From the NCBI GenBank assembly GCA_963847445.1, contig CAWJZV010000003.1, positions 1 to 64,000 of the forward strand: a stretch of DNA of 64,000 nt, read 5' to 3'. A program made the position numbers and the translations under genes. The stretch is from an uncultured delta proteobacterium. Lineage in GTDB: Bacteria; Desulfobacterota; Binatia; UBA9968. Positions 10,090 through 20,004 of the stretch are shown one piece after another (positions within the stretch are counted from its first letter, which is position 1; each line of letters starts with the position of its first letter). Under the pieces are notes generated by a model, which had not been told where the DNA came from, did no database searches, and worked only from the letters and a program-made list of their open reading frames with translations.

Positions 10090-10396
10090 CAACAGGGCGA
10101 CGATGCCGGCTCTTTGGCAGAGAGAGCAGGAATAGAGTCAAGTTTTGTAACTTGAAGTCTGCGGTTTTTGCTCTTGATAACCGGTCGAAAAGATTTGCTG
10201 TCAGTCTACTGGGCCTGCTGTTGTAATAGGCCTGGTACAATTCTGGGGCACCTGGGATATCCGGGATTGCACGGACAGTTAATTAAACAAGCAGGGAGAA
10301 AAAGGCAGACTTTATAACCTGACTATCTTGCCGCTCGGAAAGAGATCTGCGGCCAGGGCTTTCAATCTTAACATTCTTCCAGCCCGTTCCTTGCTC

Positions 10397-10600
10397 TCAG
10401 TTCGACAACTTCTTGCTCACGATCGCCGCGCCGTCGCGTGGGGCGCGCTGCTAGGTCCAGTGATTTGCGGGCGTGCGCGGCCGCCCTGGACCGCACTCGG
10501 CGCCGGCGATGACGTTTTCTCGGCCGACGATTTCAGCGAACTTGATGATGCGATCGGCTAGCAGTTCCGGGTGCTCGACGAGATCGGTGGCGTGGCTGCT
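10397..10600 (-). pseudogene. 3' remnant of cobalamin-independent methionine synthase II-family gene (copy 1)
   Basis: Minus strand reads HATDLVEHPELLADRIIKFAEIVGRENVIAGAECG...RDGAAIVSKKLSN*, with frameshifts. Confidence 0.75.
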
Positions 10601-10761
10601 TGAATCAGTACTGAGGGGGTCGGACCGAGTGCAATGCCTTGAGTTTAACTACTGAGGAACTCCGGAGCGGAAGCCGTCGGCGCAACCCGCCTAAATCTGT
10701 GCAAGCCCCTGGCAAAGCATCAGCGCTTTGAGCCGCCATAAGCTTGACCGTTTCCGATGTC

Positions 10762-11136
10762 TTAACGCTTACTTTTTCGTTCCGAGGATCTTTCTATCGG
10801 CAGGCTGATTTCGGGAGCTAAATGCGCTTCCTCCACGGCGGGCAGGGATTGGACGGCCTGCAAAACCGATTTGGTCGAGCGCGGCGAAGGCAGGATCACC
10901 TGCATGTAGCGCTGCAAATCCCTTTCAGCGCCGGAGAGTTTTTTGGATGGCGAGCGCGCCAGGCTGGGCACTTTATAGAGGACGCGGCTGTTTTTCGGCA
11001 ACCGCGGCGTGGCTAACTCCACACCGCTGCGGTCGATGAAAACGCCTTTCGCCTCATCGAAGCGCCAGCCCGGCTTCAATTTGAAGTCGATGGACCGGCG
11101 ACTCAGCTCTTTCGGCGGCGGAATAGCGGGAAACAT
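10762..11136 (-). CDS. Small protein resembling a free subtilase propeptide (putative inhibitor/chaperone)
   Basis: Co-oriented 46 bp downstream of the S8 protease; its C-terminus aligns by eye with the protease's own prodomain. Confidence 0.6.
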   Translation of the reverse strand: MFPAIPPPKELSRRSIDFKLKPGWRFDEAKGVFIDRSGVELATPRLPKNSRVLYKVPSLARSPSKKLSGAERDLQRYMQVILPSPRSTKSVLQAVQSLPAVEEAHLAPEISLPIERSSERKSKR

Positions 11137-11182
11137 GACAATACCATTCTGCTCCCGCTATTCCCCGGTTGCAATCATCTTT

Positions 11183-12676
11183 CTAAACAAGCGTCATCGC
11201 CGTGACCAGATTGGGCTGGGGGCCGATGCGCTGAGAAAGCGGCACGCCAGGCCCGGCCACCTGAGGGGTACCCGATTGCATCAGAATCGCTCGCACCTTG
11301 GCCGGCGTTAAGGGCGCGCCGTTTTTAGCCTTGGCCCGTCCCTGCAGGCATGCCACCGCGCCGGTGACAATCGGTGATGCGCTCGAAGTGCCGGAGAAAC
11401 GCAGCGTATACCATTTGTTCTCCGAAGCGTCGCCTTGCATGTCGCCGTAAGCGAGCGTGGCGACGTGAAAGCCCCAGCCTTGCACGTTGACGATTCTGCC
11501 GTAGTTGGAGAACCAAATGCGCGAGCGCGGCACGCCGATCTGTTGATACGCCGAACCGAAACCGCCGCCGCCGTCGAAGTCGAAAGCATTGGCTGGTGGA
11601 ATGCCGGCGCCGACCACGATGGCGCCGCTGTCTTTCTGCAGGCCGGTATTGTTGAAGATCGGCAGATCGAAATTTTCATTGCCGTTGCCGGCGGCCTCGA
11701 CCACCGTGATGCCCTTGGCCGTCGCCGCTACGATCGCCGAAAAGATATCCGGCCAGTACTGCATGGCGACGTATTTGTTGTTTGGTCCAGTGGCCTGCAA
11801 TTCGATCAAAATTGCATCGCCCTTTTTCAAGTGGCTGGTCGCGTTGGTCAACGCCTGGGCTAAATTGAACACATTGTTAATCACCGCCGAGTGGACGACT
11901 GCCTTGGCCTCGTGGCTGATGCCGACACAGCCCTTGCTATTCGGCAGCGAGATCATCTCGCCGAGCACCGCGGTGCCGTGGTTGCGCCAGCCAATGTCAG
12001 CGATCATCGTTCCGCCGATGAGCGTAATACCCGCGGGCAAATCCTCGTGCCTGGTGTTCCACGCACCTTCGATATCGCAAATCGTGATACCCTTCCCTTT
12101 TGCTCCCGCCAGGCCCCACACATCGGCCGCGCCGATGCCGAACGGAGCTGAATAAAGGTAACCCTGCGCCGGTTCGAACAGCCGGGTGCCGGAACTGCTA
12201 CCGGATAGGCCCGCGGGCACCGGCCGCGGCGCCACGTAGGCTTTCCACACCGCTTTATCCCGGTTCAGAGCGGCGGCGAGCCTTTTACAATCTTTCCCGT
12301 GCTTCGGAATGATCTGAACGAAACCGCTCTGACGAAATTCAGCGTCGGCGCCTTTTGCCTTCAGGATATTCGTCGAGGGGTCGCTGGGCAGCGCAGCAGC
12401 GAGTTGCACCCGCTTGCGCACTTGGGCGACGGGAAATCCGAATTGAGAACGGATCTCCTCGATGGCGAATTTTTCCAGCACCTGGTTGAAGCGGTTTGCG
12501 TCGTCCGCACCGGCCGCAGGCGCGACGAATCGCGACCTGGTGTAGGCGACCGGACTTTCATAGCGGAGTTCCGCCACGACGTAATCCGCAACGTCGGGCG
12601 TTGCGAATGTGCTGGTGACGAATCCTTCCTTGCCAAGCTTGGGCAACTTTCTTCTAACGCTCTTTCTTCGAGCCAT
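11183..12676 (-). CDS. S8 (subtilisin-like) serine peptidase without signal peptide
   Basis: Catalytic triad motifs ICDIEG, HGTAVLG, GTSSASP; oxyanion AAGNG. Confidence 0.92.
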   Translation of the reverse strand: MARRKSVRRKLPKLGKEGFVTSTFATPDVADYVVAELRYESPVAYTRSRFVAPAAGADDANRFNQVLEKFAIEEIRSQFGFPVAQVRKRVQLAAALPSDPSTNILKAKGADAEFRQSGFVQIIPKHGKDCKRLAAALNRDKAVWKAYVAPRPVPAGLSGSSSGTRLFEPAQGYLYSAPFGIGAADVWGLAGAKGKGITICDIEGAWNTRHEDLPAGITLIGGTMIADIGWRNHGTAVLGEMISLPNSKGCVGISHEAKAVVHSAVINNVFNLAQALTNATSHLKKGDAILIELQATGPNNKYVAMQYWPDIFSAIVAATAKGITVVEAAGNGNENFDLPIFNNTGLQKDSGAIVVGAGIPPANAFDFDGGGGFGSAYQQIGVPRSRIWFSNYGRIVNVQGWGFHVATLAYGDMQGDASENKWYTLRFSGTSSASPIVTGAVACLQGRAKAKNGAPLTPAKVRAILMQSGTPQVAGPGVPLSQRIGPQPNLVTAMTLV

Positions 12677-13206
12677 GATCCGCTCCCCCTTTTCCGGTTT
12701 GAGTTAATATCCCCACTGCGCTGGGCAGTGCACTCTATGGTTCACAAGAAGCGGAATAAGCAGCCACCGTGCCAGCGATGAAAGACGGCGCGCCGCCGCA
12801 CAATATCGAGAAACACAAGAAAAGTTCAGTAAGAGAATAGACCGCCCATTGGCGGCGACGTAAACCGTGGTTTACAGCCGACGTCAACGCAGTTGCAGGT
12901 CGGACTGGCGACCGTTTCTAGTCGAGAGGGCGCTGATTCGGGCGAAGGCACATGGCTCGGCGCCGGTGTGGTTCGCTACTCCTTGAAAGAAAAACTAGAA
13001 GCTCACCCATTAGCCGGCAGGTCAAGCAGGCACAGACATTGCCGTGAAAAAAAATTACTTCTTGCGCTGTTGGTTTTTCATCTCACAGGCTCTGTGGTCT
13101 TTCGGTAACGCGCCACTGTTTTCGTTTCATGCGATGTCGAACGCTGGATCGGGTAATGATGCGGCGTTGCCGCCGCATCCTTACCTAAGAACCGGACTAG
13201 AGCGCG

Positions 13207-13355
13207 TTTTAACCTTAACAATCTTCCAGCCGGTTTCCTGCTCTCAGTTCGACAACTTCTTGCTCGCGATCGCCATGCAGTCGCGCGGCGCGCGCAGCTC
13301 GGCCCATGAGATCTGCGGGTGTGCGCGGCCGCCCTAGGCCGCACTCGGTGGCCGA
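13207..13355 (-). pseudogene. 3' remnant of methionine synthase II-family gene (copy 2), direct repeat of about 10359-10505
   Basis: Shares an identical 27-bp core TGCTCTCAGTTCGACAACTTCTTGCTC (13239-13265 vs 10392-10418) and similar flanks. Confidence 0.75.
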
Positions 13356-13454
13356 GGGCGTCATCGTGAATGGATTTGCCGGTTGGATTCACGACAAATT
13401 CCTGCGTAAGATTCTTTGGCAGTTAACCTAATCTGCCCGCGCAAGGAGATGCAT

Positions 13455-14370
13455 ATGAGTTGGCTACCGGCTGAAGAACCCCAGGCGACATACGGCACCG
13501 GCGTGCAGGGCGCTGGAAACTATCGTGGTGCCGCAGCCGCGCGACATCGGCGGATTTGAAGTCCGCCGGGTACTGCCGTCTGCGCAGCGGCGAAATGTCG
13601 GTCCGTTCGTTTTCTTCGACCAGATGGGACCTGCTGAGCTGGCGCCCGGTTCGGGGATCGACGTCAGACCGCATCCGCACATCGGTCTTGCCACCGTGAC
13701 CTATCTGTTCGAGGGCACGATCGTTCATCGGGACAGTCTCGGCAGCGTGCAAGCGATCGAGCCCGGCGCGGTTAACTGGATGACCGCCGGACGCGGCATC
13801 GTACACTCCGAGCGCTCCGATGACGAGCTCAGAAAACGGCGCGAGAAACTCTCTGGCATACAGATCTGGGTCGCGCTGCCGAAACAGCACGAGGAGATCG
13901 CCCCCGACTTCACGCATTACGGCGCCGACTTGCTGCCGCAGATCGAGGGCGAAGGAAAGACGGTTCGCATCATCGCCGGCTCACTTTTCGGCAAGGCAGC
14001 GCCGGTCAAGACTCTCTCGCAGCTGTTTTATGCCGATGCGGCTGTCGATTCCGGAGCTTCGTTCCTGCTCAATAACGATTATGACGAGCGCGGGATTTAT
14101 CTCCTGGAGGGGGACGTCGACATTCATGGCCAAAGATTTGCGCCGGGCCGACTTCTGGTCTTCTCATCCGGCGACGAGATTACCATCAAGGCAGTATCGG
14201 CCGCTCGGTTCGTCGTTTTCGGCGGTGAACCGCTCGACGGTCCGCGTCATGTTTGGTGGAACTTCGTCTCAAGCTCGCGCGAGCGGATCGAGCAAGCCAA
14301 GTCGGATTGGCAGAGCGGCCGGTTCGCGCCGGTTCCAGGCGATCCTGAGTTTATCCCGCTCCCCGAGTGA
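13455..14370 (+). CDS. Pirin family protein (one apparent 5' frameshift)
   Basis: GPFVFFDQMG, RPHPHIGLATVTYL, WMTAGRGIVHSE, WNFVSS. RBS-led ATG at 13455 (MSWLPAEE) is out of frame with the main ORF 13525-14370. Confidence 0.9.
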
Positions 14371-14384
14371 CCGTTGGGAATCCG

Positions 14385-14520
14385 CAGCCGTGGCGAGAGC
14401 CGAGAATGCACGGAGAATGGTTGAGGATTACAGACTTACCTTGGCCGAGGTGGCGGCGCGACAGGTTGGCATTACGACGTCCGGAGTGTCGAAGTTGTTG
14501 AGTCGGAGTTTGTCAAATCA
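14385..14520 (+). pseudogene. Remnant of C-terminal HTH of a (probably REP-associated tyrosine) transposase
   Basis: AVARAE...MVEDYRLTLAEVAARQVGITTSGVSKLLSR HTH-like fragment with no upstream gene body. Confidence 0.45.
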
Positions 14521-14530
14521 ACCGGGCATT

Positions 14531-14626
14531 TCGCGATCGGGGTATGAATCCCGCTCGCGACCAAAGGGGATGTTCAACCCCCTTTGGAAACCCCAGCAAT
14601 TTTGTGCCCGCAGCAAGCTGCGGGGA
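14531..14626. repeat. Triple-hairpin MITE/REP-like element
   Basis: Three consecutive inverted repeats: TCGCGA..TCGCGA, CCAAAGGGG/CCCCTTTGG, CCCGCAGC-AA-GCTGCGGG. Confidence 0.55.
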
Positions 14627-14831
14627 ATTTTGGATTTAATCAATTACGTCCCGATAACAGCTCGCCGCGTCCAGCTTGCCGTAGTATCGAACCTCGCGTA
14701 GTTTCCCTTCTCGCGTCTGCCATTATATTATTTGTGGTGGAATTCACCGGCAGATTTCGCGGGATAAGATCTCCCGTGGTTTTTTGCCGTCGCTTTGCGA
14801 CCATGGGCCGCTTTGGCAGAAAGGGTCTGCG

Positions 14832-15482
14832 ATGAAGTTTAAGCGTCGGCTGCGTCAGCTTTTACTTTCGGCGTTGATTGCGTCGGCCAGCAGCGCCATG
14901 GCAGCAACGCTTTTTTCTGAAGCCTGGAGTGATCTGACAAAATATTTCAACGCTGCAGCGTCATTGGTTCTCCAGGCCGCGATCGGCCTCGATAACACGA
15001 GGTTCGATACCTTGCCGCCCGCCCAGCGAATTGCGGCGAGGAGCCAGCTGCAAAAGTTAAAAGATCAACTGGATATATTATTCCTCGAGCAGTCCACGCT
15101 GGTAAGCCAGTTCGAGTTTTTCGTCAAGATCGCTAGGGACCCATCCAGAACGCCGGCGGAAAGGAAGAATTACTGGGACAATAATGTCTTGCCGCGGATC
15201 AGCACCGTGTCCGAAGCGGTGAGCCAGGTCAGAGCTTTTTCGGAGAAAGGCGGGCAGCCCTTCAGCGTCGCCCTTTCCGCCGACGAGCGCCTCGCCCTGG
15301 GCGACACTCTCGCCGCGCGCAGCGCTGCCCTGAAGACCTTCGAGAGTATGGCTCCCCCCGCTTCGTCGGACGAGGTTCTGCAATTCCAGGGGCTCATTAA
15401 CGACTACAATGTTTTGCGGCAGAATCTCTTCAAACTCCGTCGAGCCATCGATGAAGCGTTGGGCCGGCTTGCGAGCGCGTGA
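14832..15482 (+). CDS. Secreted alpha-helical hypothetical protein
   Basis: Signal peptide MKFKRRLRQLLLSALIASASSAMA; amphipathic helical composition; stop overlaps the TIR gene start (GTGA). Confidence 0.75.
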   Translation: MKFKRRLRQLLLSALIASASSAMAATLFSEAWSDLTKYFNAAASLVLQAAIGLDNTRFDTLPPAQRIAARSQLQKLKDQLDILFLEQSTLVSQFEFFVKIARDPSRTPAERKNYWDNNVLPRISTVSEAVSQVRAFSEKGGQPFSVALSADERLALGDTLAARSAALKTFESMAPPASSDEVLQFQGLINDYNVLRQNLFKLRRAIDEALGRLASA

Positions 15483-16333
15483 ACGTGGCCCAGCTATTCA
15501 TCAGCTACGCGAGCAACGATCGTAATTTTGTTGACCGCCTCGCCGGCGGCCTGACTATGGCGGGTCATGATGTCTGGTTTGACCGCGATCTCGATGCCGG
15601 TTCCTTCCGCGAGCAGATTCTTGCGCGCCTGACGCTCGCTCAGGTAGCGATCGTTGTCTGGTCGGCGCGCTCGAAACAGAGCCGCTATGTCATCGATGAA
15701 TCGGAGCGCGCAGTGTCGCGAGGCATATTGCTGCCGATTCGCATGGATGACACCGATCTGCCGCTCGGATTCGGCGGGTTGCAAACTTTCGATCTATCTT
15801 CGTGGTCCGGTCGCGCCGACGACCCGAAGTTCACAGTGATCCTGGATCAAATCGACAAAATCCTAAAAACCCCCGCAGCCTCGCGCGGACGACCGGCTGT
15901 TCCTTTCATTGCAAAGTCGCTGCTACTTGCAGGCTTTGTGGCAGCGATTTGCGCCCCCGCTCTAGCCTGGCTCTATGCGGTGAGAAATGGCTCTGCTTCG
16001 ACCCCGCACCTGTACTCAATCCTGCAAGCCTTCGTGCTGGCTGCCGTTTGCACTACCCCGGTCATGCTCTGGTGTGGCTTCGAGGTCGGCCGCTTCGGGC
16101 TGTCCCATGCCGCTCCCATTCTGCGCCGGGCCATCGGCATCTATGCAATTTCGGCGGTCGTGTCGTTAGCTCTTGTCGCGGCGGCGGTTGTTGGCGGCGT
16201 GACCACGGGACCGACGCCGGCCGCCGCGCTAGGGCAGATTTTTTTCGTCGCTCTTCCCGCGACCTTGACGTTAGGCGCGTTTATCACCTTGCTGAAGGCC
16301 GCGGTTTATCTGATCAAGAAACTGCGGATGTGA
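15479..16333 (+). CDS. TIR-domain protein with about four C-terminal transmembrane helices
   Basis: LFISYAS, VWFDRDL, VVWSARSKQSRYVIDE (putative catalytic Glu), LLPIRMD; four hydrophobic stretches follow. Confidence 0.88.
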   Translation: MNVAQLFISYASNDRNFVDRLAGGLTMAGHDVWFDRDLDAGSFREQILARLTLAQVAIVVWSARSKQSRYVIDESERAVSRGILLPIRMDDTDLPLGFGGLQTFDLSSWSGRADDPKFTVILDQIDKILKTPAASRGRPAVPFIAKSLLLAGFVAAICAPALAWLYAVRNGSASTPHLYSILQAFVLAAVCTTPVMLWCGFEVGRFGLSHAAPILRRAIGIYAISAVVSLALVAAAVVGGVTTGPTPAAALGQIFFVALPATLTLGAFITLLKAAVYLIKKLRM

Positions 16334-16656
16334 AATGACAGCGCAGCCGCATGGCCGCGCATTCAATAAAGTAAAAAGTCAGAAGCAAGGCATTTTCAAG
16401 TTGAACCTCGGACCTGCTCATCGGCTCTAGCGAACTGCTGGAATTTTTTGGCTGTCCCGGCAGACATCACCGGATGTTGAAAATCTCGTGATACAACTTT
16501 GTGTAGCGCTCGTAGTTTTGGCCGAGAAATTCCGGTGTGATGGGTTTTCTGATTACCGGTCGGAAAAATTTGGTGTTAGTATCGGAAAGCAAAAAGACTC
16601 CCGACCTATTTTCCGACCCATCAAGATGAGATGCGTATTTCTTGAAGGAGATCCAG

Positions 16657-17040
16657 ATGGCTAAGAAAGAAATTGTTCAGGTGAATCTTGCTGCGGCGAA
16701 TCCGAATCTCTCGCCAGCGACACGTTTTGGCGATCTGGTGTTCGTCGCCGGTCAAACCGGCCGGCACCCGATTACCGGGGAGGTCGGCAGAGACGTTCGC
16801 GAGCAGACTCGCTACGCCATCGAACGCATCAAGATGATTTTGGCAACCGCGGGGACCTCTCTCGATAATGTTCTGACGGTATTGACGCATCTGACCAAAC
16901 GCGAGGACCTTGCAGCCTACAATGAAGAATACGCCAAGTTCTTCCCGACCAACAAACCGGCCAGGACCACGGTGGCAGCGATGTTGAACTTCCCCGAGCT
17001 GCTTGTCGAAATAACCGTCACGGCTTGCATACCCGAATAG
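16657..17040 (+). CDS. RidA/YjgF/UK114 family protein
   Basis: SPATRFGDLVFVAGQ, NEEYAKFF, PARTT, LVEI motifs; GAAGGAG RBS. Confidence 0.9.
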   Translation: MAKKEIVQVNLAAANPNLSPATRFGDLVFVAGQTGRHPITGEVGRDVREQTRYAIERIKMILATAGTSLDNVLTVLTHLTKREDLAAYNEEYAKFFPTNKPARTTVAAMLNFPELLVEITVTACIPE

Positions 17041-17521
17041 TCGAGATCGGGTCAAGGGGGTCAATTTTAATGCTAGGAGGCGCTTTCTTGCTTCTGGTTT
17101 CGTTCAATTCGCGGCGCGTCGGCCCCGCAACGAGTCGCTGGTTTGCATTCAACTCCAAGATTCTTGGCGAGCGACCGCCGCGCCGCCGGCGCAGAGCGCG
17201 CAGCGGGGCCTGCGCATTTGGCGATTGGCCGCCATTGGACGAGTCCTTGGCCTCGAAGCCGTCCACAATTTGTTAGCAGCGAACGCTGGGCTGGTTAAAA
17301 GACTTTTCACCAGTGGATGAGAGCCTCCTGATCGGCAGGAGGGCAGGCAAGAGTTATTGACCGAAGATTCGGAAGGTGTATCTAAGACCTTAGTCCGAAG
17401 CGAACGACTCGAGGCAAGAACGGGAACACGCCCGGCGGCCATTTCCGGGACAACCCGCAGACACGGAGCAAATCAACATCACGCTCTTAAAGAACGGAAG
17501 TTTTATCAGCGCGAGGAAAAT

Positions 17522-18424
17522 ATGATCGTCATGAGCTCAGTCAAATTGTCGGCGAAAGCATGGAATACTACGGCGGCGCGCCTGGCCGTTGTGATCGTCA
17601 TGGCGCTGCAGTCGCCTGGAGCTGGCTGGACACAGGAACCTGTGCAACCGCGGATCGACGAGGAATTCGCCAAGCAGCAAAAAATTTACCGCAGACAGGG
17701 TGCCGGGAGCTACACTGCGAACCGAGGGCTGTTGAACTACGCGGAGGTTCTTCCCACCGGCTTCTGCGACGCGCTCGGCAGGCTCGGCAGCTCTGACCGA
17801 TGGCTGGATATCGGCGCGGGCGAGGGGCAGGCCATACTCGACTACTACGCACCGCAAGGCGATGCGGCTCCTGAAAAGTGCGGCGGATCCGGTCCCAGGG
17901 CGCGCGTGGTCGCGATCTCCATCGAGGATCGCCGGTCGGACAAATGGAAACAGCAGACCGCGAGCCTCGGCGATGTCCGCATGCGGTATCTCTCCGGCAG
18001 ACGTCTGAGCCAGTATTCGCCCGAGGAACTTGGCAAATTCCAGATCATCACCGATGTCTACGGCGGCTTCACTTACACGGAGAATTTGTCCCGATTCATC
18101 GACAAGGCGCTGAGCTTGCTGGAGATCGGCGGCGCCGTCTACACGGTGTTGCCGGCCGTGCACTTGGAGGATGGCGCGGACAAACTCGGCGCCTGGTATA
18201 AGACCGAGCTGGTGGATGCAGCCAGCCGCCCGGTAAAAGTTTGCTCCTGGCTTAAGCAGACCACCTGCACAAAAATCAGCTGCGAGTCAAAGACCGACTG
18301 GGACGAACCGACGCAGTTGATAGAGATTCGCAAGGTTTGCAGCGGCGTTTCGGTCCCGCGCACGAACCTGGTGGAGTACATAGCCGGGGCTCCTCCCGGC
18401 AGGCGATTTCAATTGGAGCCGTAG
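17522..18424 (+). CDS. Putative secreted class I SAM-dependent methyltransferase-like protein
   Basis: WLDIGAGEG motif I; N-terminal signal-like segment; several cysteines. Confidence 0.7.
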   Translation: MIVMSSVKLSAKAWNTTAARLAVVIVMALQSPGAGWTQEPVQPRIDEEFAKQQKIYRRQGAGSYTANRGLLNYAEVLPTGFCDALGRLGSSDRWLDIGAGEGQAILDYYAPQGDAAPEKCGGSGPRARVVAISIEDRRSDKWKQQTASLGDVRMRYLSGRRLSQYSPEELGKFQIITDVYGGFTYTENLSRFIDKALSLLEIGGAVYTVLPAVHLEDGADKLGAWYKTELVDAASRPVKVCSWLKQTTCTKISCESKTDWDEPTQLIEIRKVCSGVSVPRTNLVEYIAGAPPGRRFQLEP

Positions 18425-18580
18425 CCAGGGAACACCTGCGCGCAGCTTGGGCCCACTTGAGTTAGCCGCGGATTTGACGGACAGTTTGATTAGTCGACAC
18501 TTTGAGTTAGCCCCAGGCTTTCCATCATTTCCTGCACCTTCTTATACGTCGTTTCGGAACAATGCGATCGGCATTGTCGC

Positions 18581-19881
18581 TCAAGGCTGCCACACTGGCC
18601 GCGCCGGCAACGCCTTGTCCAGGTGCGACCGTTTGAAAAAGAAAAACGCGTCAAAGTGATCGGGCGGGACAAGTTCAACGCCACTTTCGTAGGGCCCGGG
18701 GTAGTTCTGATTTTGCATCCACCATTTTTTGTGTTCCGATAAAAAAGCAGCGTTTGACGCGAAAAATGACAACACATGTCCGGCATCGGTGAGTTTTTTA
18801 TCGAGCGAATTGCCAGCAGTGGGCAGCGACCATTCGCCTTGTGCGCCGCTGGCTTGGTGAGCGGTTAACGCGATATTAAAAACTTTTTTTCGGGTCATCT
18901 GGGTGAAAAAGTAGACGCCCGATTTAAGATCGCCGTAGCCCCACCAGTCGGCCGGCGAGCGGTTGTGCGACACATGGCTGCTGTGGGCGGATAGGATGGC
19001 GCGCGTGGCACCATGTTTGGCCATGAGCAACAGCAAATTTCTGCCCTGCGCACGGTCGCGTTCATTCCAGCTCAGGATATCGTTCGACCACTGCGCGTTG
19101 TGATAGCCCAGCCAGCCCAGCAGGGTTGAAGCGGAAATCGCCAGTTCAAAGGCATCATCGGCACCCGGCTCTTTTTTCTTTTGTTTATCCAGCCCCGATT
19201 GCCGAGCGCTGTCGAGCAGCGCGGTCAACAAGGCGCGGCATTTTTGGTAATCGGCTTCGGGGAAAACTGTTTTTTCGCCGGGTGCCAGTTTTTCAAAAAT
19301 AGCGTCGACCTCCGCCCATGTCGACGCTCGATGCGCAGGACAGTGGGTCGCGATGTTCTTGAGGCGCGCGGGATCCATCCCGACGGGAATGCCCAGGGAC
19401 TGGATACGCGCATAGTGTTCCCAAGGCCGGTCCCACACATCCATGCCGCGGAAGACAATCGGATTGCCCGGGTTGGAACGGTTGAAATCGCACATCCATT
19501 CGAGCAACGGCGCATCGGATAGCCGTCGGGAAATACAGCACATCCACCGGCGCCGGCGACCTGGTCTTGCTGCACGAGGCAAGCCAGCGGCTCAGTTCGA
19601 GGCTGCGCAGCGGCGGGTTTTCCCAGACGATCAACCGTAGGTCGTGCTTGGCAACCAGGTAACGGATCAGGCGTGCTTGTAATTTCAGGAATGCGGACGA
19701 GCCGTGCACCGTTTCGCCGATGGCGATAACGTCAGCTGCCGGCGACGCGCTCGCGCAGCAGTGCCGATAGTTCGGCGTCGGGGATTTTTTCGGGCGGCAT
19801 TTTGAACTCTGTAACGCCCGGCAGGGCGGCGAAAACCGGCGCGCTCATCAGCAAAGCAGCAATGAGGACAAATGATTTCAT
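18581..19881 (-). CDS. Erythromycin-esterase-family protein, secreted (frameshifted 5' part)
   Basis: Signal peptide from ATG 19881; IAIGETVHGS, GMDVW, RD...NL, SAHSSH, DHFDAFFF motifs spread over 3 frames. Confidence 0.7.
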
Positions 19882-20004
19882 GTTGAGGAATACCGCGCAC
19901 GCATTATGCTTTCACGCCAAACTCATTGCCGGGAGCGAAGGCCACCATCCTTGGCAGCCCGATAACAAGTGATTTTATAAGTATTTGATGGGCAGGCGCT
20001 AGAG

